Below, one piece after another: positions 36,100-45,734 of a stretch of DNA of 64,000 nucleotides; the first letter of the stretch is position 1; every line of letters begins with the position of its first letter. The DNA is taken from NCBI GenBank assembly GCA_039591075.1, contig JBDHEI010000004.1, positions 120,302 to 184,301 on the forward strand. Direction: 5' to 3'. The notes below the pieces were generated by a model, which was given only the letters and a program-made list of their open reading frames with translations, ran no database searches and was not told the DNA's origin. The position numbers were made by a program, and so were the translations under genes. Origin of the DNA: Gemmatimonadota bacterium. GTDB taxonomy: Bacteria > Gemmatimonadota > Gemmatimonadetes > Gemmatimonadales > GWC2-71-9.

Positions 36100-36600
36100 T
36101 CACTGGAACCGCCGTTCCCACCATCCGATGCTCCAGTACCGCCCGAACTTGCGGCCCGCCTCCGAGAACGTACCGACGTGCCGGTAACCGAGTGCCTCGT
36201 GGAGGGCCACGGACGGTGGGTTGGGAAGGGCGATACCCGCGTAGGCTCGATGGACATCTTCCTCTTCGAGGGCGCCGAGCAGCTGCTCGTAGAGGATCCG
36301 GCCGATGCCCCGACTAACCCGTTCCGGCGAGACGTATAAGGTGGTTTCGACCGACGGCGCGTACGCCGGCTTCGGTCGGATCGGTGTGCTGGTCGCGTAG
36401 CCGACGGCACGTCCCTCGTCTTCGGCTACGAAGAGACGGTGGCGGCCCCGTGGCCCGAAGCCTGGGAACCACAGCTCGCGCTCGCCAAGGGTCATCGGCT
36501 CCACGTCGAAGGTCACGTGCGACGTCAACACGTAGTGGTTGTAGATACGCGCGATATCGGGGAGGTCCCGATGCTCGCCGGCACGGATCACGACTGGCAC
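36100..36600 (-). CDS. GNAT family N-acetyltransferase (phosphinothricin-acetyltransferase-like)
   Basis: VIRAGEHRDLPDIARIYNHYV..., RGIGRILY (acetyl-CoA loop), ...HEALGYRHVGTF. Start is GTG 36600 or 36591. Confidence 0.8.
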   Translation of the reverse strand: MPVVIRAGEHRDLPDIARIYNHYVLTSHVTFDVEPMTLGERELWFPGFGPRGRHRLFVAEDEGRAVGYATSTPIRPKPAYAPSVETTLYVSPERVSRGIGRILYEQLLGALEEEDVHRAYAGIALPNPPSVALHEALGYRHVGTFSEAGRKFGRYWSIGWWERRFQ

Positions 36601-36622
36601 GGGTCGTTGCCCCGGGTGCGGT

Positions 36623-36853
36623 TCACGCGAGATCGAGCGCGGCCATGGCGTCGTCCAGCTTGTCCGCTGGCACCAGGAGTGCCACGCCCCGAACCGTGCG
36701 GCCCTGGTGACCGGGCCCGAACAGCCCGACGGCCCCTCGCTGGTCGATGCGTGAAGGAATGCCGACGCTCTCCAACCGTCCGGCCGCCAGTTCGGCTTCG
36801 AAGGTGGCGCCATACGTCGCGACGGTGACCCATCCTGGCTTGGACTGCGGCAT
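36623..36853 (-). CDS. DUF2007-like small protein (putative signal-transducing protein fold)
   Basis: 76 aa with AGGAGA upstream. Pattern WVTVATYGATFEAELAAGRLESVGIPSRI...LLVPADKLDDAMAAL. Confidence 0.7.
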   Translation of the reverse strand: MPQSKPGWVTVATYGATFEAELAAGRLESVGIPSRIDQRGAVGLFGPGHQGRTVRGVALLVPADKLDDAMAALDLA

Positions 36854-36885
36854 CTATGTGGTCTCCTGAGGTCAGGCTACAGTGT

Positions 36886-38448
36886 TCATTGCGGCATCGT
36901 TAGGAGCGCGCCGAACAGATCGATGGCATACCAGAGGTTTCCGACCCTCAGGTTCTCGTCCGGCGCATGCTGGTTGTCGTCGTGGTTGGCCACGGGGACG
37001 ACAACCGCCGCTGCGTCGAGCAGGTCCGTGAATAGATACAGCGGCAGCGAACCGCCCAGCCCCGGCATGAGCAGGAGTTCCCTACCAGACGCACGCCGAG
37101 CAGCGGCGATCAGGCGCTGGACGATCGGCAAGTCCATGGGTGTACGGGCCGCCGGATATCCGCCCTCCCGAGTCACCTTGGCGAGCTTCGCATGGGCGAG
37201 CCGTGTCGCCCGATCGGGCTCGTCTCGCACGATGTGGAATCCCTGCCGGCGGATGTGCGCTTCCACGAGATCCAGCATGGTGTCGGGATCGTTCCCCTTC
37301 ACGAGGCGCACGCCGAGCGCCGCCGTGGCCGTCGAGGGAATCACGTTGCGCGTGAGCGCTCCGACGTTCCCACTCTCGAGTCCGCGAACGGTGAGTGATG
37401 GCAACAACAAGCGCTCCGCTAATGTCGCCGGGGTCCCCTCGGTCCACGACAGTCCGAGCTCTTGTTTCAGCTCCTCGTCGTAGGCCGGCAGCCGAGCCAG
37501 CGCATCGCGCTCCGCCTGTCCGATTGGCTCGACGGACTCGTAGAATCCGTCGATCAGCACGGTGCCCTGGTCATCCTTCATGGACGCCAGCAGCTCGGCC
37601 AGCATTTGGCCGGGGACCGGCGCCCAATTGCCGTAATGGCCGCTGTGCAGCGATCGAGTGGCGCCATACACCGTCACCTCCAGCCCCGTCACCCCACGGG
37701 CGCCGAATGCAATCTGTGGCTGGCCACTCTGATGGACGGGGCCGTCCAGAAACAGCCACGCGTCGACGCCGGCAAGACGGGGGCGATGGGCCTCGAGATA
37801 CTTCCGAAGATGCGGGGATCCGGCCTCCTCTTCGCCTTCGAAGAACAGGATGAGATTGGAGGTCGGCGTGACCCCGGCGTCGTGGAAGGCGCTGAGCACC
37901 TGGAGCAGTGCGGTGATGGGTGCCTTGTCGTCGCCGGCCGAGCGTGCGTAGATCCGCCAGTCCGGATCGATTGGCTCACCCGGAGCCGGCAAGGCTGTCC
38001 GCCGGGCACCCTGCTCCATGGCGCCTGTGTAGAGCGTCGGCTCCCACGGGCCGTGTCGCCAGCGGGACGGGTCGACGGGCTGGCCATCGTAATGGGCGTA
38101 GAGCGCGAGCGTCCGGGTGGTGCCAGGTACACGCATCTCCGCGAAGACGATCGGCGGTGCCCCCGGCAATGAGAGCAACTCGGCGGAGATGTCGAGGTCA
38201 CGGAGCTGCGCCACCAGGAAGTCGGCATTGCGCCGGATTCCGGTCGCATCGGAAGCCACATTCGGCAGCGCCAACAACTCGACGAACTCGGCCAGCACCT
38301 GAGCGCCATGAGCTTCCCGATGGGCCCGGGCCACGGCTAGGCCATCCTGCTGGGCCGACACCCGGTCCGATACCCCGAGGAGCGCGAGCACCAGTAACGT
38401 AGCGATAGACGGTTTGCGAGCGCGGCTCGAGCGGCGGTGGTCACTCAT
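36886..38448 (-). CDS. Secreted M20/M25/M40 family metallopeptidase (dipeptidase-like)
   Basis: ATG 38448. Signal peptide ...ATLLVLALLGVSDRVSAQ. Blocks LYAHYDGQPV, SAGDDKAPI and FFEGEEEAGSP. Confidence 0.85.
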   Translation of the reverse strand: MSDHRRSSRARKPSIATLLVLALLGVSDRVSAQQDGLAVARAHREAHGAQVLAEFVELLALPNVASDATGIRRNADFLVAQLRDLDISAELLSLPGAPPIVFAEMRVPGTTRTLALYAHYDGQPVDPSRWRHGPWEPTLYTGAMEQGARRTALPAPGEPIDPDWRIYARSAGDDKAPITALLQVLSAFHDAGVTPTSNLILFFEGEEEAGSPHLRKYLEAHRPRLAGVDAWLFLDGPVHQSGQPQIAFGARGVTGLEVTVYGATRSLHSGHYGNWAPVPGQMLAELLASMKDDQGTVLIDGFYESVEPIGQAERDALARLPAYDEELKQELGLSWTEGTPATLAERLLLPSLTVRGLESGNVGALTRNVIPSTATAALGVRLVKGNDPDTMLDLVEAHIRRQGFHIVRDEPDRATRLAHAKLAKVTREGGYPAARTPMDLPIVQRLIAAARRASGRELLLMPGLGGSLPLYLFTDLLDAAAVVVPVANHDDNQHAPDENLRVGNLWYAIDLFGALLTMPQ

Positions 38449-38995
38449 ACTGTCGGTGGCTCCGGTGGTGTTCGTGATCGGCAACCACATAGCCGCGAAT
38501 CTCGTGGTAGAGGCGGATCTGCTGCACGTGCAGCAAGGCCGTGGTTTCGAGATGCGCGGCAAGATGAACGGCGCGTAAGGTTCCCTGCAGGCGTCCGATC
38601 TCGCCAGTAACGGCTCCCAACCGATCGCGCTGGATCGTCCCCGAGGCGAAGAGGGAATCCAGTTCTCGCTCGAGTGCTAGGATGCGCTTGCCCAGCAGGA
38701 CGGCCTCCCCGCGCATGGACTCGAAGATCCGCATGAGGTGCGCACGTTGGTCGTCATCAATCTTCAACGTGTCAGACAACTCCAGCACGTGCTTTGGTCC
38801 CGGAAATCCGTTCAACTCGGCTGCGAGCGCGAGTCCCATCCCCGCTCCATCGAGCAGCGCCGCGACCTGCTCGTCGGCGAGGGCCTTGATGGGCCGCCCG
38901 GTGTAACCTGCATATGGTGATTCCTGGGCCGCGAGGGATCCCGTGCCCGCCGCGAGCGCGGCAGCGACAGCGAGTGAACGGACCACGTAGACCAT
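38441..38995 (-). CDS. Periplasmic helical protein, Spy/CpxP/ZraP-like
   Basis: ATG 38995. Signal peptide MVYVVRSLAVAAALAAGTGSLAAQ, a long helical body and a His-rich C-terminal tail (ADHEHHRSHRQYE). 8-nt overlap with the M20 start. Confidence 0.6.
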   Translation of the reverse strand: MVYVVRSLAVAAALAAGTGSLAAQESPYAGYTGRPIKALADEQVAALLDGAGMGLALAAELNGFPGPKHVLELSDTLKIDDDQRAHLMRIFESMRGEAVLLGKRILALERELDSLFASGTIQRDRLGAVTGEIGRLQGTLRAVHLAAHLETTALLHVQQIRLYHEIRGYVVADHEHHRSHRQYE

Positions 38996-39209
38996 GGGCT
39001 GCAACCCTCGAGTGAATGCTCGATGGTAGAGACCACGCGTACCGTCTTGAACTGCTGGTTCGGCTCGGCGACCCCCGGGAGCCTGATCGTATCGGTCCGC
39101 GTTCACGCGTGTCTCCGGCGTTCAGGTCGCTGACGGGCAAACCCGGAGGTCCGGCCCCTCACAAACGGTAGCCTCAGGGCACAGCTTTCGGCCAGAGCCC
39201 ACGGCAACG

Positions 39210-39710
39210 CTAAGCGAGGGGACCGGGAGCGATTTCGTACAGGTAGCCGACGGCGAGAAGACCGGCGTCGTTGTAGGCAGGGGCCAGGATGCGGCGGTAG
39301 CCGTCGCCCTCGAATCGATCGAGCGTGGGCCAGTGCTCCGAGAGGTCGGGTGAGACGAAGAGCCAGGCTGCTACACGATTGCTCGAGGTGGCGTCCCAGT
39401 GCAGAGCCGGATAGCCCAGCGCCGCCCCCCATCCGCTGGGCTCGAGGTCGCCGGTCACCCACCCCTCGTGCCAGGTGCCTGTCAGTCCCGTGAGCTCACG
39501 GGCGTTCGTTCCTCCGGGAGTGAGGCTTCCATAGGCGATGAGATGCCGGGAGGCTCCAAACAGCGCATCGGTGCTGCTATCGACCAGCTCTCGATCCGCC
39601 GCGGTCGCCATCACGCGGGCCGCATTCAGCGTGCGCACTACCTCGGCGAGTTTCGCCGCTGGGTAGGCAGCCCAGAATTCAGGGAGTGACCCGGACATCG
39701 AACGCGGCAA
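39210..39710 (-). CDS. Gamma-glutamylcyclotransferase (AIG2/GGACT-like) family protein
   Basis: LIAYGSLTPGGTNARELTGLTGTWHEGWVTGDL pattern. Confidence 0.7.
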   Translation of the reverse strand: MPRSMSGSLPEFWAAYPAAKLAEVVRTLNAARVMATAADRELVDSSTDALFGASRHLIAYGSLTPGGTNARELTGLTGTWHEGWVTGDLEPSGWGAALGYPALHWDATSSNRVAAWLFVSPDLSEHWPTLDRFEGDGYRRILAPAYNDAGLLAVGYLYEIAPGPLA

Positions 39711-39719
39711 GGTCGCGGA

Positions 39720-40235
39720 CTAGGCCCGACTCGCCACCGGGGGCTCCTGATGGCGGCCTGGCGACCGCATCAGCCTCCGTGCTGCAACCGGCTCGCCCGG
39801 CGCTTCGCCATCCAGTCGTCGACGCTGTATTTCCCCCGGGCCAACCAGAATGAACCCGAGGGAGACGAATGCGTTCTTCACGGCGTGGGCAGGGGTGCCG
39901 TTCCCGGTCACGATGTGCTGGGTTGCCGCCACGATCATGGTGCACGCGAGGAGCACCGCTGCCGGTCGGAACAGGAACCCTGCTGCGAACAAGAGGCCAC
40001 CGATGGATTCGGAGAACGCCGCCAGAAAGCCGAAGAAGGTGTGGCCGAAGTCGATCCCGAGGTTGGAGATCGCGCCACCCACCCGATTCCAACGCTCGGG
40101 CCCACCGGTCAGCTTAGCCCAACCGTGGAAGTAGATGAATCCGAGGCCGAAACCCACGCGCACGATCAGCAGACCAATGTCGCGGTACTTCTCCAGAATG
40201 AGCTTCGGCACGGGTTCTCCTTCGATTCGGGTCAT
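39720..40235 (-). CDS. DoxX family membrane protein
   Basis: 171 aa with 4 TM segments. LLIVRVGFGLGFIYFHGWAKL. Confidence 0.8.
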   Translation of the reverse strand: MTRIEGEPVPKLILEKYRDIGLLIVRVGFGLGFIYFHGWAKLTGGPERWNRVGGAISNLGIDFGHTFFGFLAAFSESIGGLLFAAGFLFRPAAVLLACTMIVAATQHIVTGNGTPAHAVKNAFVSLGFILVGPGEIQRRRLDGEAPGEPVAARRLMRSPGRHQEPPVASRA

Positions 40236-40284
40236 CGCTCATGCTATGGCAAGCATCGGCGGCCGTGCGACGATTGGCAAGGCA

Positions 40285-40722
40285 CTACTGAGCGGTGAGC
40301 CGCCATCCCAGCCACAGCATCACGAGAGTGGCCACCGCGAGCAGGATTGCGGCAGCGATCAGAATGCGACCGACCCTGATAGCCGTTTTGCCGGTATAGA
40401 CCGGGCGGCCCCGGATGATCCATGACCCGGGGGGCGGTGATCGGCCGGTGGAGAGCGAACGCATTCCCTGCCACGCGAGGAACGCCGCAACAAGCACGTT
40501 GAGCAGTGTGATGACGCTGAGCACGGCCCTGAGCGAAGCGGCGGCCTGCCGTCGAGCCGCGGTGGGATCAGATTCGGCGAGGGACTGAAGTTCCGCGGCG
40601 TGGTCCTGGACGATCGCGTTGAGTCCCCAGAGCACCGCCAAGCCCACGCCGAAAACACCGAACACGATCAGCCATATGCGCTTGTCGCGCGGGTCGATTT
40701 CGCGATAGTTGTGTTCCGTCAA
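40285..40722 (-). CDS. Hypothetical membrane protein (3 TM)
   Basis: 145-aa ORF with hydrophobic segments IWLIVFGVFGVGLAVLWGL, VLSVITLLNVLVAAFLAW and ILIAAAILLAVATLVMLWLGW. Confidence 0.6.
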   Translation of the reverse strand: MTEHNYREIDPRDKRIWLIVFGVFGVGLAVLWGLNAIVQDHAAELQSLAESDPTAARRQAAASLRAVLSVITLLNVLVAAFLAWQGMRSLSTGRSPPPGSWIIRGRPVYTGKTAIRVGRILIAAAILLAVATLVMLWLGWRLTAQ

Positions 40723-40792
40723 TCGCTGAGCTCCCGCCGATCCCGGAGGACTCCAGTTCGATCACTCACAACGGTGCGCCGTTGATCGGGAC

Positions 40793-41437
40793 TCACGATC
40801 GTCTGAACCGACAATACACGAACTGCTGATCCGTCCCGCTTGGCGTGCGGTGGATCTCCTCCTGCGATTCGATGAGGCTAAAGGCCGGGCCAAGCTCCGC
40901 GTGCAGTCCTTCCGGACTGTACCGAACGATGTCGAGTCCGCTACAGCGGGTCGGGCCCTCGGGGCCAAACGTCGAGATCACGGCATGCCCCCCCGACGCG
41001 AGCGATTGCTGCAGGGTCTGCCGATAGGCGGCGCGGTCGCGAGCGGCGACTAGGAAATGGAACACCGCCCGGTCGTGCCAGATGTCCCACGGGTGCGGGG
41101 ACGCAAAGCTCCCTACGTCGGCGGTGAACCACTCCACGCGAGCGGCGTCAGCGCCCAGCCGCTCGCGGGCGAGTCCCAGCGCCGTCTCGGATATATCGAC
41201 CACGCCGAGGTTGCTGAATCCCGCTGCGAGCAACTCGTCGACGAGGGTGGAGGTGCCGCCACCGACGTCCAGAATGCGTGTGTTGGGCGTGGGTTCACAC
41301 GCCGCCACGAGCGCTAGGGAGCGCTCCGGCCGGCGTTGAAACCAACTCACCCGCGTCGGTGTCGACTTCGCGTACACCCGCTCCCAGTGATCCTCGGTGC
41401 CCACAGCGCGGCCCCCAGTCCGATTCTCAGGAAACAT
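40793..41437 (-). CDS. Class I SAM-dependent methyltransferase
   Basis: ATG 41437. Motif I is ILDVGGGTS. The 5' extension to 41596 was rejected. Confidence 0.85.
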   Translation of the reverse strand: MFPENRTGGRAVGTEDHWERVYAKSTPTRVSWFQRRPERSLALVAACEPTPNTRILDVGGGTSTLVDELLAAGFSNLGVVDISETALGLARERLGADAARVEWFTADVGSFASPHPWDIWHDRAVFHFLVAARDRAAYRQTLQQSLASGGHAVISTFGPEGPTRCSGLDIVRYSPEGLHAELGPAFSLIESQEEIHRTPSGTDQQFVYCRFRRS

Positions 41438-41517
41438 GTGCGGCACACGCTGCGTAGACCAGCCTTGCGAGGGACTCTCCTTCACTCGAGCTTGCCGGAT
41501 ATCGAAGAGGAGATCCG

Positions 41518-42651
41518 ATGACCGATCGCCGCATCGTCCGCCACCTCGTCTCATCCTCCGTGGCGTTGCTGGTTGCCGCATTCGCCGCGACTGCATGCGG
41601 CACGGCGGTCCAGGCCCCGCCGGCCGTTGGACCCGAGCCGGTGGCAGCGCCGGTGTACCCCGGCGTGGCGTGGGAGCGCATCGCCGACCCGCGAACCGTT
41701 GGGTACTCGCCGGCGGGGCTCGACGCGGTTCGGGACCGGGTGGCCAGCCTCAATACGACAGGACTCCTGGTGGTGGTCGGTGGCCGAGTTCTGGTCGAGT
41801 ACGGCGATCTTCAGCAGCTCAGTTACATCGCGTCCGTCCGCAAGAGTGTCCTCGCCCTGCTGTATGGCAACTACGTGGCCGACGGCACGATCGACCTCTA
41901 CCGGACGCTGGAGGAGCTCGGGATCGACGACCACGGCGGCCTGCTCCCCATCGAGCGACAGGCAACCGTGGAACATCTCATCACGGCGCGCTCCGGTGTG
42001 TACCATGCTGCGTCGAACGTCGGGGACAACCTGGCGGACGCGCCGGCGCGGGGCTCGCAGCCGCCTGGGAGCTATTTCCTCTACAACAATTGGGATTTCA
42101 ACGCGGCGGGTGCGATTCTCGAGCAGCTCACCGGACGCGACATCTACGACGTGCTGGCTACTGATCTGGCGATCCCGATCGGGATGCAGGACTTCGATCG
42201 GGATCGGATGCGGAAATCCGGGAACCTCGAGCGCTCGAGATATCCAGCGTACCACATGTGGTTTTCCACCCGAGACATGGCGCGCATCGGCTACCTCATG
42301 ATGAGAGAGGGCACCTGGAACGGCACCCAAGTGGTGCCCCGCGACTGGGTCGCGACCATTCGCGGCGTCGTGACGCCATTCGACGAGATGAATCCTGCGA
42401 GCTACCGTCGTGGCTCGCTCGGGTACGGATATATGTGGTGGGTGTGGGACGGTCCGGATGCCGTCGGTCCCTACGCGGGGGCGTACACCGGTAGTGGCGC
42501 GTACGGCCAGTACATCACGGCCCTTCCGGCGCTGAACATGGTCGTCGCGCACAAGACGGCGGTGCCGCCACAGCGGCGAACACTCTGGCGCGAGTATGCC
42601 GCGGTGCTCGATCTCATCGTCGCCGCCCGGTGCGGCGCGTCATGCCGCTGA
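41518..42651 (+). CDS. Serine hydrolase, beta-lactamase/transpeptidase-like fold
   Basis: Signal-like N-terminus. SxxK motif (ASVRKS). YNNWDFN and GSGAYGQY blocks. Confidence 0.8.
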   Translation: MTDRRIVRHLVSSSVALLVAAFAATACGTAVQAPPAVGPEPVAAPVYPGVAWERIADPRTVGYSPAGLDAVRDRVASLNTTGLLVVVGGRVLVEYGDLQQLSYIASVRKSVLALLYGNYVADGTIDLYRTLEELGIDDHGGLLPIERQATVEHLITARSGVYHAASNVGDNLADAPARGSQPPGSYFLYNNWDFNAAGAILEQLTGRDIYDVLATDLAIPIGMQDFDRDRMRKSGNLERSRYPAYHMWFSTRDMARIGYLMMREGTWNGTQVVPRDWVATIRGVVTPFDEMNPASYRRGSLGYGYMWWVWDGPDAVGPYAGAYTGSGAYGQYITALPALNMVVAHKTAVPPQRRTLWREYAAVLDLIVAARCGASCR

Positions 42652-42697
42652 GGTGAGAGATGCCGTCGCCGACGCGCGGGCGTCGGCGGTACGCATG

Positions 42698-43138
42698 TCA
42701 CACGCCGAGCGCCTTCGCGGCGCGATCGTACTCGTTGGGTCGGACGTACAGCACGTAGCCGTACCCCCCCTTTCCATCGGACACACCGCTCGACGCGTAG
42801 ACGTTCACTTTGGCGTGGTAGAGTTTCTCGTGGATCCCCACCAAGGCTCCGAGCTTGTCGTCACCGTGCACGAGCAGCGCGGGATGGGGACCGTCCAACG
42901 AGAGGCCCGCCTTGGCCGCGGCCTGCTCCAACCGGCGCGTGTCTTCGGGGAAGAGGGTCAGTTGCGTCCGCATCGGCCCAACCGGGACGGAGACGAGCGC
43001 CATGAGATTCACTCCAAGCTCGGCAAGCTGTGACAGGAGCTTATAGCCATGACCAGGCTCGTCCCGAACCGTGGTATAGAAGTAGTCCACTCGGCGGATG
43101 GTGTGTCCCATGCGTCCTCCAGTGTAACTGAGGTCCAT
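42698..43138 (-). CDS. Conserved hypothetical protein, tandem ACT-like fold suspected
   Basis: 137-146 aa (start 43138 or 43111). Two similar halves (..YKLLSQLAELGVNLMAL.. and ..LGALVGIHEKLYHAKVNVYA..). Confidence 0.65.
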   Translation of the reverse strand: MDLSYTGGRMGHTIRRVDYFYTTVRDEPGHGYKLLSQLAELGVNLMALVSVPVGPMRTQLTLFPEDTRRLEQAAAKAGLSLDGPHPALLVHGDDKLGALVGIHEKLYHAKVNVYASSGVSDGKGGYGYVLYVRPNEYDRAAKALGV

Positions 43139-43224
43139 CCGAACGGGCCCTCCACCAAAGATACCACTCGGCGATCCGCCTGCGAGGGATGGCGCGTGCG
43201 TTGCCTGTTCCGTTACACCCCGAT

Positions 43225-43758
43225 CTATCGCCGGAGCTTATCGAAATAGGTGGCGCGCACTTTGGCGACCTTCGGTGCGATCACGGCCTGGCAGTAGGGC
43301 TGGCCGGCATTCCGCTGGAAGTAGCGGTCGTGATACGCCTCGGCCGGGTGGAATGTCTCGCACGGCACCACCTCCGTGACGACCGGGTGTCCCCATGTGC
43401 CTGAACGCTCCAGGTCCGCGATCGCTTGCTCGGTGACCTGCCGCTGGTCGTCGGTGTGGCAGAACACCGCCGACCGATACTGCGTCCCGACGTCGGCCCC
43501 CTGCCGATTGAGCGTGGTTGGATCGTGAATCGTGAAGAACACGTCGAGCAAATCCCGGAATGAAATCACCGCCGGATCGAAGGTGATCTGCACGACCTCG
43601 GCATGTCCGGTCGTGCCGCTACAGACCTGCTCGTACGTGGGATCGGGGACGTGACCACCCGAGTATCCCGATTGCACTCGCTTGACACCGCGCAGCTGCT
43701 CGAACGCCGCTTCGAGGCACCAGAAGCATCCGCCGCCCAACGTGGCTAGTTGCGTCAT
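43225..43758 (-). CDS. msrA: Peptide-methionine (S)-S-oxide reductase
   Basis: ATG 43758. GGGCFWC active-site motif. ATGA overlap with the upstream DUF1330 gene. Confidence 0.92.
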   Translation of the reverse strand: MTQLATLGGGCFWCLEAAFEQLRGVKRVQSGYSGGHVPDPTYEQVCSGTTGHAEVVQITFDPAVISFRDLLDVFFTIHDPTTLNRQGADVGTQYRSAVFCHTDDQRQVTEQAIADLERSGTWGHPVVTEVVPCETFHPAEAYHDRYFQRNAGQPYCQAVIAPKVAKVRATYFDKLRR

Positions 43759-44042
43759 ACGCCCTCGACGAGGATCATCTGGGTGGTTGCCGCCGTTTGG
43801 CGCAGGTCCCGAGCCGGCCGGTAGCTGTCGGACGACCACCAGGTCCTTGCCTGCTCCATTGACGGGAACTCCAACACCACGACCCGCCGTGGGACCCAGG
43901 TGCCCTCCAACCGCTCGGCTCGGCCGCCGCGAACGATGTAGCGGCCGCCGTGCGCGGTCACCGTGCTCGCAGCCATGCGCTTGTATGTCTCGTACTGTAC
44001 GGGGTCGGTCACTTCGATATCGACAATGACGTAGGCTGCCAT
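43755..44042 (-). CDS. DUF1330 family protein
   Basis: 95 aa. MAAYVIVDIEVTDPVQYETYK...VVLEFPSMEQARTWWSSDSY is typical of this family. Confidence 0.8.
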   Translation of the reverse strand: MAAYVIVDIEVTDPVQYETYKRMAASTVTAHGGRYIVRGGRAERLEGTWVPRRVVVLEFPSMEQARTWWSSDSYRPARDLRQTAATTQMILVEGV

Positions 44043-44182
44043 TCTCTTACCCTTGTGTGCGATGGACGGTGGGTAGTTCCTTGGGCGAGATCAGGTGCGT
44101 CCACACCGCGTGATCGAGCGCGGCTACTCGAAGGTAAGCGGGATTGCCCCGACGCTGAAAGGCCATGCCCGTACATGACGAC

Positions 44183-44212
44183 GGCCCCGGAGCGCCGAAG
44201 CGTTCCGGGGCC
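44183..44212 (-). terminator. Hairpin after the 44249 gene
   Basis: GGCCCCGGA...TCCGGGGCC, extendable to about 13 bp with a CGAA tetraloop. Lies 37 nt past the stop. Confidence 0.5.
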
Positions 44213-44248
44213 TGATGCGTCTGGCGCCCCAAGTGCTGCTAGACCTGG

Positions 44249-44674
44249 TCAGCGGCCGAGGACCACAATGACCTGGCCGTGTCGATCATCCCGTCCCCGT
44301 CGATCGCCCCACCCGCGCCGAGCGTGCTTGCGCTGGTGCTTGAGCCATTTGCGGTGTGCCTTCAGCGCCTTCTTGTGATGCCGCTCCAAATGCGCCGGGT
44401 GTACGCCGTAGACCTGCACGAACGTGGGCTGATCATCCCAGTACGGCGTGGCCTCCCAGCAGTACAGCACCCGACCCTCCGCCTCGCAGTACTGCCGTAC
44501 CGCTCGAGCCGGACGGACGCGCCGTGCGGCAGGCAAGTAATGGCCCGTCGAGTAGTAGCCCGCCACGTCGACGGCGCCGCTCCCCAGGCGGATTCCGATC
44601 TCCACCCGCTGCGCCTCGGCGGTCGATGCCGCAAACACGCCGAGCAGAAGTGCACCGACAAACCAGGTTCGCAT
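44249..44674 (-). CDS. Hypothetical secreted protein with a highly basic His/Lys/Arg C-terminal tail
   Basis: Signal peptide MRTWFVGALLLGVFAASTAEAQ. Tail is HLERHHKKALKAHRKWLKHQRKHARRGWGDRRGRDDRHG. Confidence 0.6.
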   Translation of the reverse strand: MRTWFVGALLLGVFAASTAEAQRVEIGIRLGSGAVDVAGYYSTGHYLPAARRVRPARAVRQYCEAEGRVLYCWEATPYWDDQPTFVQVYGVHPAHLERHHKKALKAHRKWLKHQRKHARRGWGDRRGRDDRHGQVIVVLGR

Positions 44675-44902
44675 GGGTCATCCTCCGTGTTGCTTTCCTG
44701 TCCGGGGCTCGAACCTGCTTCGAGCCCTCGATACCTGAAGAAGCACGGCACATGTCAGAGCCTGGTCCTACTACCATAAAATATTGTATTGTAAGGTCTT
44801 ATGGCGATAGAATGCACGCCCTGAGGCCGTCGAAAGTGTCCTCTATAGGGGACGTTTTCAGGTCGTTTACGGCGGATGTGGTTTCGGTATTTGGCGGGCG
44901 AG

Positions 44903-45700
44903 TCAGGTCTTCCTGCGGGAGAACTTGAGCCCGGACCACGTGGAGTCGATCGCGCAGATCTTGTAGTCGACAAGGCCGGCGGCGAGGCCGACCCGCCGGA
45001 CGTCCTGTTGCGTCAGGTCGGTCTGCCTGCCGGAAGCCCGTTTGGGCCAGGCGATCCACAGTCCGCCATCCCCAATCGCTTTGGCCCGCCGGCTGATGCC
45101 GCGATCGAGCGCGGCTCGCGATGTGACGAACCAGATCGTCAGGTCCCGTTCCCCCCGATCCTGTCGTCGCAACGTCGTGCCTTCCGGGACGGCGCCGAGC
45201 GTCCGCTCGAAGTCGGCAGGTGCTGCGATGAACACCACGGTGCACCCGGCCGAGATCCCCAGCTTCTTTGGGAGCGGCGTGCCCGAGTACGCCGCGAGGA
45301 TGGATTGTGGGACCACCGGATCTGTTGGTGGATGCGCCATGGCTCGGCGCAGGGCACCGGTTATGGCCGGCCACGACGAATAGGTCGCGTCGGGGAGCAG
45401 GCGCCGCACCCGTTGGACCTTCTCTGGTGCGCCGTCGACGAAGACCAGTGGAACGTGTCGCGTGGCCTTCGCGTGGCGCAGCGCCATCCCCACCTCCCGG
45501 CCGTGCGACGGGAGCCGCGATAGATCAATCACAAAGGCGGCCGGTGGGCGGTCGCCGAGTGAACGCAAGGCGGGCATTCCCTCCAATGAACCGTACGCAA
45601 CCGCGTAGCCTGCGGCGCGCAGCGTGGCGATCCGCGGCGCGGCGTCGGTGGGCTTTGGGTGGATGAGACGTATGCGGCGTCGCGCGCCCTTGCTACCCAT
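44903..45700 (-). CDS. Receiver-like domain fused to a DUF3052 domain
   Basis: The C-terminal half (YSGTPLPKKLGI...LWIAWPKRASGRQTDLTQQDVR...GLVDYKICAIDSTWSGLKFSRR) matches the DUF3052 pattern. The N-terminal ~120 aa is CheY-like (..AFVIDLS..). Confidence 0.75.
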   Translation of the reverse strand: MGSKGARRRIRLIHPKPTDAAPRIATLRAAGYAVAYGSLEGMPALRSLGDRPPAAFVIDLSRLPSHGREVGMALRHAKATRHVPLVFVDGAPEKVQRVRRLLPDATYSSWPAITGALRRAMAHPPTDPVVPQSILAAYSGTPLPKKLGISAGCTVVFIAAPADFERTLGAVPEGTTLRRQDRGERDLTIWFVTSRAALDRGISRRAKAIGDGGLWIAWPKRASGRQTDLTQQDVRRVGLAAGLVDYKICAIDSTWSGLKFSRRKT

Positions 45701-45734
45701 GAGGCACCCAAGTCAGCGAGTCATGAAGTGTCCA

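Noticed and set aside
38996-39209. ECF-type (GAAC...CGT) promoter upstream of the Spy/ZraP-like gene, and similar motifs upstream of the two ECF sigma genes.
   Set aside because: I found only loose matches with uncertain spacing, not distinguishable from chance in GC-rich DNA without a genome-wide motif model.
44705-44745. tRNA-like string GGGGCTCGAACC, resembling a reverse-complemented T-arm.
   Set aside because: The flanks do not form an acceptor stem or an anticodon arm. The segment is simply a 9-bp hairpin (GGGCTCGAA/TTCGAGCCC) in the leader of the 44674 gene.
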